Shown here piece by piece: positions 31,520-43,097 of a DNA stretch of 64,000 nt. The DNA is from Acutalibacteraceae bacterium (GTDB lineage Bacteria; Bacillota; Clostridia; Oscillospirales; Acutalibacteraceae), in NCBI GenBank assembly GCA_045532935.1, contig JAZSGW010000013.1:92380-156379 (forward strand), in the 5' to 3' direction. The translations under genes were made by a program, and so were the position numbers. The notes beneath the pieces were generated by a model that was not told the DNA's origin, ran no database searches, and saw only the letters and a program-made list of their open reading frames with translations. Every line of letters starts with the position of its first letter. Position 1 is the stretch's first letter.

Positions 31520-31897
31520 ATGATTACTAAAGTTTCCACAACCAAAGCTCCTGCAGCAATCGGTCCTTATTCACAGGCTATTTCAACAGGTACAATGCTT
31601 TACACTTCAGGACAGTTAGGTATCAATCCCGAAAATGGAGAGCTTGAGGGTAATGATATTACTGCTCAGGCTGAACAGGTAATGAAAAATCTCGGTGCTG
31701 TACTTGAAGAAGGCGGCACAAGCTTTGACAACATTGTAAAAACAACCTGTTTCCTTGCTGATATGGCAGACTTTGCGGCGTTCAACGAAGTTTATTCCAA
31801 GTATATTACATCAGCTCCTGCAAGAAGCTGTGTTGCAGTAAAGACACTTCCCAAGAATGCTCTTGTTGAAGTAGAAGCTGTTGCAGTAATCGGGTAA
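31520..31897 (+). CDS. ridA: RidA (YjgF/YER057c) reactive enamine/imine deaminase
   Basis: 125 aa. APAAIGPYSQA...PARSCVAVKTLPKNALVEVE. Confidence 0.93.
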   Translation: MITKVSTTKAPAAIGPYSQAISTGTMLYTSGQLGINPENGELEGNDITAQAEQVMKNLGAVLEEGGTSFDNIVKTTCFLADMADFAAFNEVYSKYITSAPARSCVAVKTLPKNALVEVEAVAVIG

Positions 31898-31903
31898 CAG
31901 GAT

Positions 31904-33979
31904 ATGAAGAGGTATATTAAAAGCGATTTCTTTTCGCTACTTATCCTCTTGCTTTCTTTTGGAATTTGTTTATCATTTGAATCGTTGGCCTTGAATGATG
32001 ATGTGCTTTCTTATAGTATGTCAGGAAATCAATGTTATGTTGAATCCTGCAGAGCTGACGCTACAGGTGTAATAGTTATTCCCGATACAGTAAACGGTAA
32101 CGTTGTTACTGCAATTAAAAGCGGTGCGTTCAAGGATTGTTTAGGTGTTTCAGGTGTAGTTTTACCTGAAACTATTGAAAGTATCGGCGACAATGCGTTT
32201 TCTGGCTGTTCCAATCTCGTTTCGGTCAATATTCCTGATAGTGTTGTTGAGATGGGAAATTCAGTGTTCTATAAGTGCAGCAATCTTACCGATGTTACTC
32301 TTTCGGAAAGTCTTACAGAAATTCCCGGGAGCACATTTTATTATTGTAAGAAATTGGAAAATATTGAAATTCCCTCCGATGTAATAGAAATTGAACAAAG
32401 CGCATTTTACGGTTGTAACCTTCTTAAAAAAGTCATATTACCCGAAAGCGCGGTGGCAGTTATGGACTTGTCTTTTAAGGGTTGTAGCTCTCTTGAGAGT
32501 GTATATCTTCCGTACAGTGTTCTCCGCATCGGAGCCGATGCTTTTGCTGAGTGCGGAAATTTAAACAAAGTCTATTATTCGGGAAAAACTGATTTGCCTG
32601 AAAATTTTGAGATTTTCTCAGGTAATGAGCGTCTGACAAGTGCAAAATGGGTTTTTGAACACGTGCATTCTGTTGTTGGTGAAACTAATTACGTTGAGGC
32701 AACGTGTACGAGCGAAGGCTATACTGAAATTATTTGTGAATGCGGTTTTTATAACAGAAGTGCGTATACGCCTATGACAGGTCATAATCTTACGGTTTTC
32801 ACAACACTAAAAATGCCGGACTGTAAAACTGAAGGCATAATAAAGGTATCGTGTTCGGACTGTTATTATAGCGAGAAGATGACCTTACCTACTGTTTCAC
32901 ACAAAATTGTAATTGACGAAGAAATAGAAGCTACATGTTTTGAAACAGGAAAATCTAAAGGAAGTCATTGTAGCGTTTGCGAAGAGGTCATAGAAAGACA
33001 GGAAACAATACCTGCACTTGGTCACGATTATTCTGAAAAAATTTATGATAAAGCGCATCTTGTTTCTGCACCTACGTATACAAAAGAGGCAGTATACAGA
33101 TATTCCTGTGTAAGATGTAGTGCGGTAGGTGAAAATACCCATAAAGGAAATAAACTTATTCTTGGCAGACCGACAAAAATCGTTTCAGCTTCGAATACCA
33201 ATGCGATTGCATTGTCGTGGTCCGAAGTCAGAGATGCAAGCGGGTATGGTATATTTTACAGGAACGCTCAGAATAAATGGATCCTTTATAAAAAAATTAC
33301 AACACAATCAATTAAGTTCACGTCCTTGCCTTCAGGCAGAGTGTATACATTTGCAGTTAAGGCTTTTGTTGTCGAGAACGGGAAAACAGTTGCCTCTCCG
33401 TATCATCAGATTATAATCGAAGCAACCAAGCCCGAAAAGCCTGCACATATAGCTGCAAAGAAAAATGAAACGTCCATAAAAATTGCGTGGAGCGAAGTTA
33501 ACGGCGCTACAGGTTACCGAGTTTATGGATACAATACGAGAATCGGTAATTGGGTTGTATTAAAAACTGCAACTAAATCCTGTAGTCACATTACTCGCAA
33601 TCTTAAAAGCGGAACTTACTACAAATTTGCTGTAAGACCTTATATTGATCTTGGAACAAAGATCGTGTGGTGTGAAAGCTATACAGAAATAATATCAGCA
33701 ACAAAACCTCTTGCGCCGGTATTAAAGGCTACATCTCTTGCCGGAGGTGTCAAGCTACAATGGGACAGGGTGAATGGGGCTGACGGATATGTGGTATACG
33801 GTTCAACACGACCTGATAGTGGTTATGTACGGCTTAAGGTTACAACAGCACTTGATTTTACTATGAGCGGTCTTTCGAGAGGAGAGTATTATTATTTCAG
33901 AGCTTATTCCGTTAAAAGAATTAGTGGCAGTTACATTTTTAGTTACGCAAGTGATATTAAGGTTGTGAAAACAAGATAA
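31904..33979 (+). CDS. Secreted BspA-type leucine-rich-repeat protein with Cys-rich modules and three Fn3-like repeats
   Basis: Signal peptide, then about eight roughly 23-aa LRRs (IPDSV..IG..AF..C..L). Next come three CxxEG...C.C modules and three C-terminal 88-92-aa repeats (W[SD]xVxGAxGY). There is no LPXTG motif or C-terminal TM. Confidence 0.8.
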   Translation: MKRYIKSDFFSLLILLLSFGICLSFESLALNDDVLSYSMSGNQCYVESCRADATGVIVIPDTVNGNVVTAIKSGAFKDCLGVSGVVLPETIESIGDNAFSGCSNLVSVNIPDSVVEMGNSVFYKCSNLTDVTLSESLTEIPGSTFYYCKKLENIEIPSDVIEIEQSAFYGCNLLKKVILPESAVAVMDLSFKGCSSLESVYLPYSVLRIGADAFAECGNLNKVYYSGKTDLPENFEIFSGNERLTSAKWVFEHVHSVVGETNYVEATCTSEGYTEIICECGFYNRSAYTPMTGHNLTVFTTLKMPDCKTEGIIKVSCSDCYYSEKMTLPTVSHKIVIDEEIEATCFETGKSKGSHCSVCEEVIERQETIPALGHDYSEKIYDKAHLVSAPTYTKEAVYRYSCVRCSAVGENTHKGNKLILGRPTKIVSASNTNAIALSWSEVRDASGYGIFYRNAQNKWILYKKITTQSIKFTSLPSGRVYTFAVKAFVVENGKTVASPYHQIIIEATKPEKPAHIAAKKNETSIKIAWSEVNGATGYRVYGYNTRIGNWVVLKTATKSCSHITRNLKSGTYYKFAVRPYIDLGTKIVWCESYTEIISATKPLAPVLKATSLAGGVKLQWDRVNGADGYVVYGSTRPDSGYVRLKVTTALDFTMSGLSRGEYYYFRAYSVKRISGSYIFSYASDIKVVKTR
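33164..33976 (+). repeat. Three tandem Fn3-like coding repeats inside the LRR protein gene
   Basis: Repeat starts fall at 33164, 33428 and 33704 (aa 421, 509, 601). Shared elements are LSWSEVRDASGYGIFY, IAWSEVNGATGYRVYG and LQWDRVNGADGYVVYG. Confidence 0.7.
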
Positions 33980-34019
33980 AAGCAGGTATTCAGATGTTTG
34001 TCTGAACGCCTGCTTTTTT
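33978..34019. terminator. Bidirectional terminator between the LRR gene and ligA
   Basis: AAAAGCAGG..TTCAGA / TCTGAA..CCTGCTTTTTT, with an A-run and a T-run on opposite sides. Confidence 0.75.
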
Positions 34020-34023
34020 GGCT

Positions 34024-36985
<2,962 letters not shown>

Positions 36986-37020
36986 TTAAAACATCCTTTG
37001 TATACAGTTATATTAAAAAA

Positions 37021-37049
37021 ATTATAACACAGAAATCTTTTTTTGTGAA
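37021..37049 (-). promoter_or_regulatory. Sigma-A type promoter for the rlu-ligA operon
   Basis: On the minus strand: TTCACA, 17-nt spacer, TGtTATAAT (extended -10). Confidence 0.6.
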
Positions 37050-37214
37050 GATGTTTTGATTACGTATTTAGTTTTACTTCCTTCAAATTTAAAATTAGTT
37101 AAAAACATTTTATAAACCTCTTGTAATTTTTTCTAAAAATAAATTCCCTTGCATTTCTGTTTTTGTAAAATATAAAAAAATAACATCAAGGCAAAATATT
37201 CTTCTGAATTTTAC

Positions 37215-37243
37215 TTGATTTATTGTTGGTGTAGTGATAAAAT
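37215..37243 (+). promoter_or_regulatory. Sigma-A type promoter for the CofE-like gene
   Basis: TTGATT, 17-nt spacer, TGaTAAAAT (extended -10). Confidence 0.55.
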
Positions 37244-37301
37244 AATATAGTATTTTTATCGGGGGACCGATATGGATTACCAATTCTATTTTTAAGGGGT
37301 A

Positions 37302-38504
37302 ATGATTAAGATGGAAAGAAAAGTAGGTACAGTCTCAAGAGGTATTCGTTGTCCGATTATCCGTCAGGGAGACGACCTTGCACAGATAGTTTGCGACAGT
37401 GTTATTGATGCTGCAAAGAGCGAAGGCTTTGAGCTTCGTGATAAAGACGTTGTAGCTGTTACCGAATCAATTCTTGCAAGAAGTCAGGGCAATTACGCTT
37501 CAGTTGAAGCAATAGCCAAAGACGTAAAAGAGAAATTTGGCGGAGAGACTATTGGTGTTATTTTTCCGATTCTTTCAAGAAACCGTTTTGCTATCTGCCT
37601 TCGCGGTATCGCTATGGGTTGTAAAAAGATTGTTCTTATGCTCAGCTATCCCAGCGACGAAGTGGGTAATCATCTTCTTACCTATGATCAGCTTGATGCA
37701 GCAGGTGTAAATCCCTACAGTGATGTACTTTCACTTGGAAAATACCGTGAGCTTTTCGGTGAAAACAAGCATGAATTTACCGGTGTTGATTATGTAGAAT
37801 ATTATTCAGAGCTAATAAAAGAATGCGGTGCTGAATGTGAGGTTGTTTTTGCTAACCAGGCAAAGAGCATTCTTGATTATACAGATTGCGTTCTCACTTG
37901 CGATATTCATACACGAGCACGTACAAAACGCCTTCTTAAGGCTGCAGGTGCAAGAATTGTTCTCGGCCTTGATGATATTCTTACAGAATCCGTTGACGGT
38001 AGCGGATTCAATGCCGATTTCGGTCTTCTTGGCTCAAACAAGTCAACCGAAGATACTATCAAGCTTTTCCCGGGAAATTGCAACGAATTTGTATACAAAA
38101 CCCAGTCGCTTCTTAAGGAGGCAACCGGGAAGAATATTGAAGTAATGGTTTATGGCGATGGTGCTTTTAAAGATCCCCAGGGAAAAATCTGGGAACTTGC
38201 CGATCCTTGTGTTTCACCCGGTTACACAGCAGGTCTTGAAGGTACTCCTAATGAGCTCAAGCTTAAGTATCTTGCTGATAATGATTTCAAGGGCCTTTCA
38301 GGCGATGAGCTTAAGGCTGCAATTTCAAAGCGTATTTCTGACAAGGGTGAAGAAAGTCTTGTAGGTAATATGGCATCTCAGGGTACAACTCCCAGAAAAT
38401 TTACAGACCTTATCGGTTCACTTTGCGACCTTACAAGCGGTTCAGGCGATAAGGGTACTCCTGTTGTGCTTGTTCAGGGATATTTCGATAATTTTACAAA
38501 CTGA
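37302..38504 (+). CDS. CofE-like (F420-0:gamma-glutamyl ligase family) protein, long form
   Basis: The N-terminal RGIRCPIIRQGDDLAQIV resembles the CofE substrate-binding start. The AAGGGG SD spacing favours the in-frame ATG at 37311 over 37302. About 400 aa, against about 250 for canonical CofE. Confidence 0.55.
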   Translation: MIKMERKVGTVSRGIRCPIIRQGDDLAQIVCDSVIDAAKSEGFELRDKDVVAVTESILARSQGNYASVEAIAKDVKEKFGGETIGVIFPILSRNRFAICLRGIAMGCKKIVLMLSYPSDEVGNHLLTYDQLDAAGVNPYSDVLSLGKYRELFGENKHEFTGVDYVEYYSELIKECGAECEVVFANQAKSILDYTDCVLTCDIHTRARTKRLLKAAGARIVLGLDDILTESVDGSGFNADFGLLGSNKSTEDTIKLFPGNCNEFVYKTQSLLKEATGKNIEVMVYGDGAFKDPQGKIWELADPCVSPGYTAGLEGTPNELKLKYLADNDFKGLSGDELKAAISKRISDKGEESLVGNMASQGTTPRKFTDLIGSLCDLTSGSGDKGTPVVLVQGYFDNFTN

Positions 38505-38511
38505 TTTTTAA

Positions 38512-38534
38512 GGCGACCCTTATTTGGGGTCGCC
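38512..38534 (+). terminator. GC-rich hairpin after the CofE-like gene (non-canonical terminator)
   Basis: GGCGACCC/GGGTCGCC stem. No T-run follows it. Confidence 0.35.
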
Positions 38535-38582
38535 GACTCTGGATGTTTATAATTTATATTAATATATTGGGAGGAATTCAAA

Positions 38583-39584
38583 ATGCAATTAAACAAAAGA
38601 CCGGACGATATGGCTCGCATCTCAACAAAAGAGCTTGCCGAAGCTTTTATCGAGGAGCAGGTAGCTGCTGTTCGTGAGCAAATCGGTGATAAAAAGGTTC
38701 TTCTTGCACTTTCCGGTGGTGTAGACTCATCAGTTGTTGCTGCGCTTCTTATCAAAGCTATTGGCAAACAGCTTGTTTGTGTTCACGTTAATCACGGCCT
38801 TATGCGTAAAGGCGAAAGTGAAAATGTAATTGAGGTTTTCAGAAACCAGCTTGATGCGAATCTCATTTACGTTGATGCTACAGACCGTTTCCTCAATCTC
38901 CTTGCAGGCGAAAGCGATCCCGAGAAAAAGAGAAAGATTATCGGCGAAGAATTCATTAATGTTTTTGCTGATGAGGCTAGAAAACTTAACGGTGTATCCT
39001 ACCTTGCACAGGGCACAATCTATCCCGATATTCTCGAAAGCATCAAGCAGGCTGAAGGAAAGAAAGCTGTTAAGTCACATCACAATGTAGGTGGACTTCC
39101 TGAGGTTCTTAAATTTGAACTTGTTGAGCCTATCAAGCTTCTCTACAAAGATGAAGTAAGAGTAGTTGGTGAAGCTCTCGGACTTTCACACGAGATGGTT
39201 TACCGTCAGCCGTTCCCAGGTCCCGGTCTTGGAGTAAGATGCCTTGGTGCAATCACTCGCGATCGTCTTGAAGCCCTCAGAGAAGCTGATGCTATTCTTC
39301 GTGAAGAATTTGACAAAAACGGCCTTGCTGAAAAAGTTTGGCAGTATTTTATCGCAATTCCTGACATTAAAAGTGTAGGTGTTAAAGATGAAAGCCGTTA
39401 CGAAGGCTGGCCTGCAATTATACGTGCCATAAACACAAAGGATGCTATGACAGCGCAAATCGAAGAGATCCCTTATGCAATTCTTCACCACATCACAAAC
39501 CGCATTACAAGTGAAGTCGAAGGCATAAACCGCGTTCTCTACGACCTTACTCCGAAGCCGACAGGCACAATCGAGTGGGAATAA
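38583..39584 (+). CDS. guaA: GMP synthase ATP-pyrophosphatase/dimerisation module only (no glutamine amidotransferase domain)
   Basis: 333 aa. PP-loop LALSGGVDSSV about 40 aa from the N-terminus and the canonical GuaA C-terminus PKPTGTIEWE. It has its own strong SD (GGGAGG). Confidence 0.85.
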   Translation: MQLNKRPDDMARISTKELAEAFIEEQVAAVREQIGDKKVLLALSGGVDSSVVAALLIKAIGKQLVCVHVNHGLMRKGESENVIEVFRNQLDANLIYVDATDRFLNLLAGESDPEKKRKIIGEEFINVFADEARKLNGVSYLAQGTIYPDILESIKQAEGKKAVKSHHNVGGLPEVLKFELVEPIKLLYKDEVRVVGEALGLSHEMVYRQPFPGPGLGVRCLGAITRDRLEALREADAILREEFDKNGLAEKVWQYFIAIPDIKSVGVKDESRYEGWPAIIRAINTKDAMTAQIEEIPYAILHHITNRITSEVEGINRVLYDLTPKPTGTIEWE

Positions 39585-39699
39585 GAAACGAAAAGTCCAC
39601 AAAGCCTTATATATCAAGGGTTTCGGGACTTTCAGAAAGCCTCGTGATACAAAAATGATACTGTATACGGCTTTCCCACCTTAATTTCATACAAGAGAA

Positions 39700-39745
39700 A
39701 ACCTCTCTCGTTTGAACACTTAGTTCATTCGAGAGAGGTTTTATA
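39700..39745. terminator. Bidirectional terminator
   Basis: 11-bp perfect stem AACCTCTCTCG/CGAGAGAGGTT with an inner TGAAC/GTTCA helix. T-rich on both sides. Confidence 0.75.
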
Positions 39746-39771
39746 TTACAACATTGAAGTTCGCCGAAGAA

Positions 39772-40310
39772 TTACACTGCTGTTGCTTCTTCTATTTGTG
39801 CGGTCGCTCTCTTTTCCTTAAGAAGACGCTCAACTTCAGCCACATGTTTTTTATCGTCTTTGAGGAAGAGAATAACTATGAGATAAAGAGCTGAACCGAT
39901 AGCGGGACCGAGAATAAATAAATGCCAACGGTATTTGAGAAAGCGCAGAGCTGTCTGAACGCCGATTTTGGTCATTCCGTCGGGAACAAAGGCTTTTTCG
40001 TCAAAACCGAGGAACTTAAGCACATATTCCTGAATAAACTTCGGAACGGCACTTATCAGCTTTGAAACGAATTTCTACATAGAGAAAACAATACCTTCTG
40101 TTCGTTTGCCGGTTTTAAGTTCGGTTTCATCGATAGAGTTTGACAGAAGCGCACGGTGTGCAATATCCTTCATACTCGTAAATATCTGTGTTATACTGAA
40201 AAGGAGTATTACAGCACTAATCGCTCCGGTGTTAAGGAAACGGTTATTGTGCCTATGAAAAAGGCGATTATACGTGCAACGAGAGTTATTGCTTCAGAGA
40301 ATACAGGGAG
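39772..40310 (-). pseudogene. Remnant of a GPH/MelB-type symporter (C-terminal third only, disrupted)
   Basis: My minus-strand translation gives ...LPVFSEAITLVARIIAFFIGTITVSL.. followed by a frameshift. Then comes MKDIAHRALLSNSIDETELKTGKRTEGIVFSM, an in-frame TAG (40075-40077), and KFVSKLISAVPKFIQEYV continuing into the 83-aa ORF. The segment DxxExKTGKRxEG...FxxK is typical of GPH TM7-12. About 290 N-terminal codons are missing. Confidence 0.7.
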
Positions 40311-40379
40311 ATTTTTGTTTCCTTATATTTTCAATCCTTTCCAATTTTATTATTAAAATATCTTACTGCAGTTAACTTG

Positions 40380-41891
40380 TCACCATTCATATCTGACTTC
40401 TTTTCCGTCGATATACCAGATTGAAGGTGTTTTTGTTGTGAAAATATCAATAGGTTTAATGTCGTGCTCAAAATTAAAATTAATATATGCTTTTCTTAAA
40501 TCCTCTTTTTGTTCTGCGGTGATTTTATCAGTACATGATACAAAAAGGGGAGTATTACTGTATGAAAGTAAGTGTAACCACTGTCTGTTTTTATCCCATG
40601 GTATTTTATCCTTAAGTATGCCTACACAGTCGGCGTCACACATATAAAAAGCTTCATTTTGTGCCAAACGGAAAGCGAGAGTATTTACGCCCATCTTTTT
40701 TGTTCTTTCCCACTCTCTACCGCTTGTATCATCGCCTGTTCTGTATATGTGTACCATACCTGCAGAAAGATGGGAAACAGTATTGCAACCGATGATAAGC
40801 ATATTGCCTGCTGAATCTTTAATCAGCTTATACAGGTCGAGAACAATTTCAGCGTTTGTTTTAGTCTTGTCATAGAAGTGCCAGTTTTCTGTGTTGGTTA
40901 TTGTTTCATTTAAATCTTTTCCGTAACTGCCAAAGAGATCCGCTGTTGTAAAATCATGCTTGATAAGCTCATAACCCCAGGATTTTATTCTTTCTATATC
41001 TGCCTTTATATATGCCTGAACTTTTGGGTGCGTAGGATCAAGATAAGTTATTCTTTTGTCTCTGTTGATTCTCATATCCTTTGAAATGGATCTGTCTTTA
41101 TTGCGCAATAATCTGACCCAGATTCCGGGCCTTGCACCTACTGCTTTTATTTCGTCAGCAAGTTTTTTCATATCCTTAAATTTTCTGTTAGGATACCAGG
41201 GGCCTGCGCAGGAGTGGATTTGCCAGCAATCATCAATAACCTGAAAAGGTTTGTTTCCGATGCCTTCTGAAAGTTCAACCTGAAGTTTTGCGTCAGAAAT
41301 TATCTGTTTGTAATTACTTTTACCGTAGGCATAATACCAGTTGTTTCCGCCGTAAATACGCTCATTCGGCAAAATAGGTTTGTCGCATAGTTTTCTGCAG
41401 TAGTCTTTTAAGTTTTCGAAAACATTTCCGTTTTGATATTCTGTATAAATAAAAGTGGCAAGGTGAACTTTTCTGCCGTTAAGATGAACACCGTTTCCGC
41501 CATTTCTGCAGTCAACAAGAGCGGTGATACCATTGTTGTCGTATCTGAAGCTTACAAAGGAATTACAGCCTGTTTTAACGCCGAAACAGAAACACGACTT
41601 CTTGTCTGTTGCTATAAAATACCACGGCATACTACGGTTGTTTTCGGACAGTTTAAGAAATTCAAGGTTGCCGTAGCTTCTTTCCCAGGCATCACCGATA
41701 ACAAGAATATCACTCTTGTTATCGGCTTTCCAATGCAACCTGACAAATCTCGGTCGGTCCTTCACTGCGCTTATGTAGAGCTTAATTTCATTTACACTTA
41801 ATTCAGTTTCTATGTGAGTATCTGAAACATCAGAATCGCAAATAATTTCCGTATTAAAATCTGAAAGATTAAAATTCATATAAATCCTCAC
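40380..41891 (-). CDS. Alpha-galactosidase-like glycoside hydrolase (clan GH-D, GH27/GH36-like)
   Basis: 503 aa. GGNNWYYAYG, VIDDCWQ, GARPGIW, LIKHDF and CDADCVG resemble the GH-D motifs (NSWN, DDGW, GIW, KxD, DPD). Confidence 0.55.
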   Translation of the reverse strand: MRIYMNFNLSDFNTEIICDSDVSDTHIETELSVNEIKLYISAVKDRPRFVRLHWKADNKSDILVIGDAWERSYGNLEFLKLSENNRSMPWYFIATDKKSCFCFGVKTGCNSFVSFRYDNNGITALVDCRNGGNGVHLNGRKVHLATFIYTEYQNGNVFENLKDYCRKLCDKPILPNERIYGGNNWYYAYGKSNYKQIISDAKLQVELSEGIGNKPFQVIDDCWQIHSCAGPWYPNRKFKDMKKLADEIKAVGARPGIWVRLLRNKDRSISKDMRINRDKRITYLDPTHPKVQAYIKADIERIKSWGYELIKHDFTTADLFGSYGKDLNETITNTENWHFYDKTKTNAEIVLDLYKLIKDSAGNMLIIGCNTVSHLSAGMVHIYRTGDDTSGREWERTKKMGVNTLAFRLAQNEAFYMCDADCVGILKDKIPWDKNRQWLHLLSYSNTPLFVSCTDKITAEQKEDLRKAYINFNFEHDIKPIDIFTTKTPSIWYIDGKEVRYEW

Positions 41892-42748
41892 TTTTCGTAA
41901 GTATCAAATATATCCCAACCAACAACTGTTATGTTTTTTTCCTTTGCTCTTTGCAGAAGATCACCACTTTTTAACAGTTGATATTCAAACTCTCTTTTCA
42001 GCCATTCTTTTCCGTATATATCATTTGGTAAGGCAGGGTGTAAAAAAATTTCCGTTACACCCTCGAGACAGTTATCAACAGCGTCGAGATAGTATTTTCG
42101 TAAATTATCGTAATTCTTGATTCTTTCAATAGACCAAGGATTTGATACAAGGTCCGTAAGAAGCTTCACCCCACGCTTTTCTCCGGAAGAAACTATCATT
42201 TGCTGAATTTTGACTATTGGGACAGGTATTTTCATACCGATTTGTCTTTCGAGAAATCCAACGGTTTTCGGAAAACGAAACGGCAGGTTGTGTTCCCTAC
42301 AGAAGTCAAAAGCATCAAGGTAAAATCTTCTGCCGTTTATGCCGTATACTGTTCCACAGTGACTGTCTGCGTGGTCAACAGATGCTCCATTGGTCAATAA
42401 ATACTGATACTGTGCTTCAAGCTCAGCTCTGACATCTTTTCTTTTTGCTTTAAAGGTGAGCTTCATTCCTTCGTGCCACAGGCCCTCCTTGCCGAGTGAT
42501 GCTGCGCCTGTAATACTTGGGTAAAGCTCAGTTTTGTCGTCGGAGTTAAGTGTAATATGCAAACCGACAGAGAAAGAAACATCTTTTGCAAAATTTGCAG
42601 CATCTTCTGCTTCGGGCGCTACAGACATAAGCGAGGTAGATGTTATGAGACCTTTTTGAAGCAAGCTTTTTATTGCTTGATTCTGTTCTTTGTTGAGACC
42701 AAAATCATCAGCGTTTATTATAAGATATTTATCCATTTTCTTTTTCAT
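41888..42748 (-). CDS. ChbG/YdjC-family carbohydrate deacetylase
   Basis: 286 aa. The N-terminal LIINADDFGLNKEQNQAI, LHITLN and DSHCG are YdjC signatures. It overlaps the next gene by 4 nt. Confidence 0.75.
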   Translation of the reverse strand: MKKKMDKYLIINADDFGLNKEQNQAIKSLLQKGLITSTSLMSVAPEAEDAANFAKDVSFSVGLHITLNSDDKTELYPSITGAASLGKEGLWHEGMKLTFKAKRKDVRAELEAQYQYLLTNGASVDHADSHCGTVYGINGRRFYLDAFDFCREHNLPFRFPKTVGFLERQIGMKIPVPIVKIQQMIVSSGEKRGVKLLTDLVSNPWSIERIKNYDNLRKYYLDAVDNCLEGVTEIFLHPALPNDIYGKEWLKREFEYQLLKSGDLLQRAKEKNITVVGWDIFDTYEK

Positions 42749-43080
42749 CTTTTGGGAATTTAAGGAAGAATGTTATAACGGAAGCTACAATCATTGCAGC
42801 AGCAGGGAAAAGGCAAAGGAGCACTCTTGCCGCAAGGGTGGGATTATCTCCGGGCTCGTCACCGCTTATGAATCCAAAATATTTTGACGCTACATAGAAC
42901 GCGAGCGAAGTGTACAGACCATTCAGACGGTTCATAACACCCATCAAACCTTTAGTTGGTTTGTAGTAGTCATAGCTGACCGTGATTTTTATGACATTTT
43001 CTGGTACGTAAAAGGGAAAGGTGTAATACAGTCCTTCTTTATCTTTGGAAATGAAATGTTTGTATATCGTAAAATCACAT
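42729..43080 (-). pseudogene. Chimeric/decayed ORF with an unknown N-terminal fragment joined to a GPH symporter C-terminal fragment
   Basis: The C-terminal roughly 65 aa (GLYTSLAFYVASKYFGFISGDEPGDNPTLAARVLLCLFPAAAMIVASVITFFLKFP) look like the last two TMs of a GPH carrier. The SD-linked ATG (43080) is followed at once by TGA and is 1 nt out of frame with the long ORF. The ORF-track start (43127) lies inside the -35 box. Confidence 0.5.
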
Positions 43081-43097
43081 CCTGACTCCTTTTTTTC

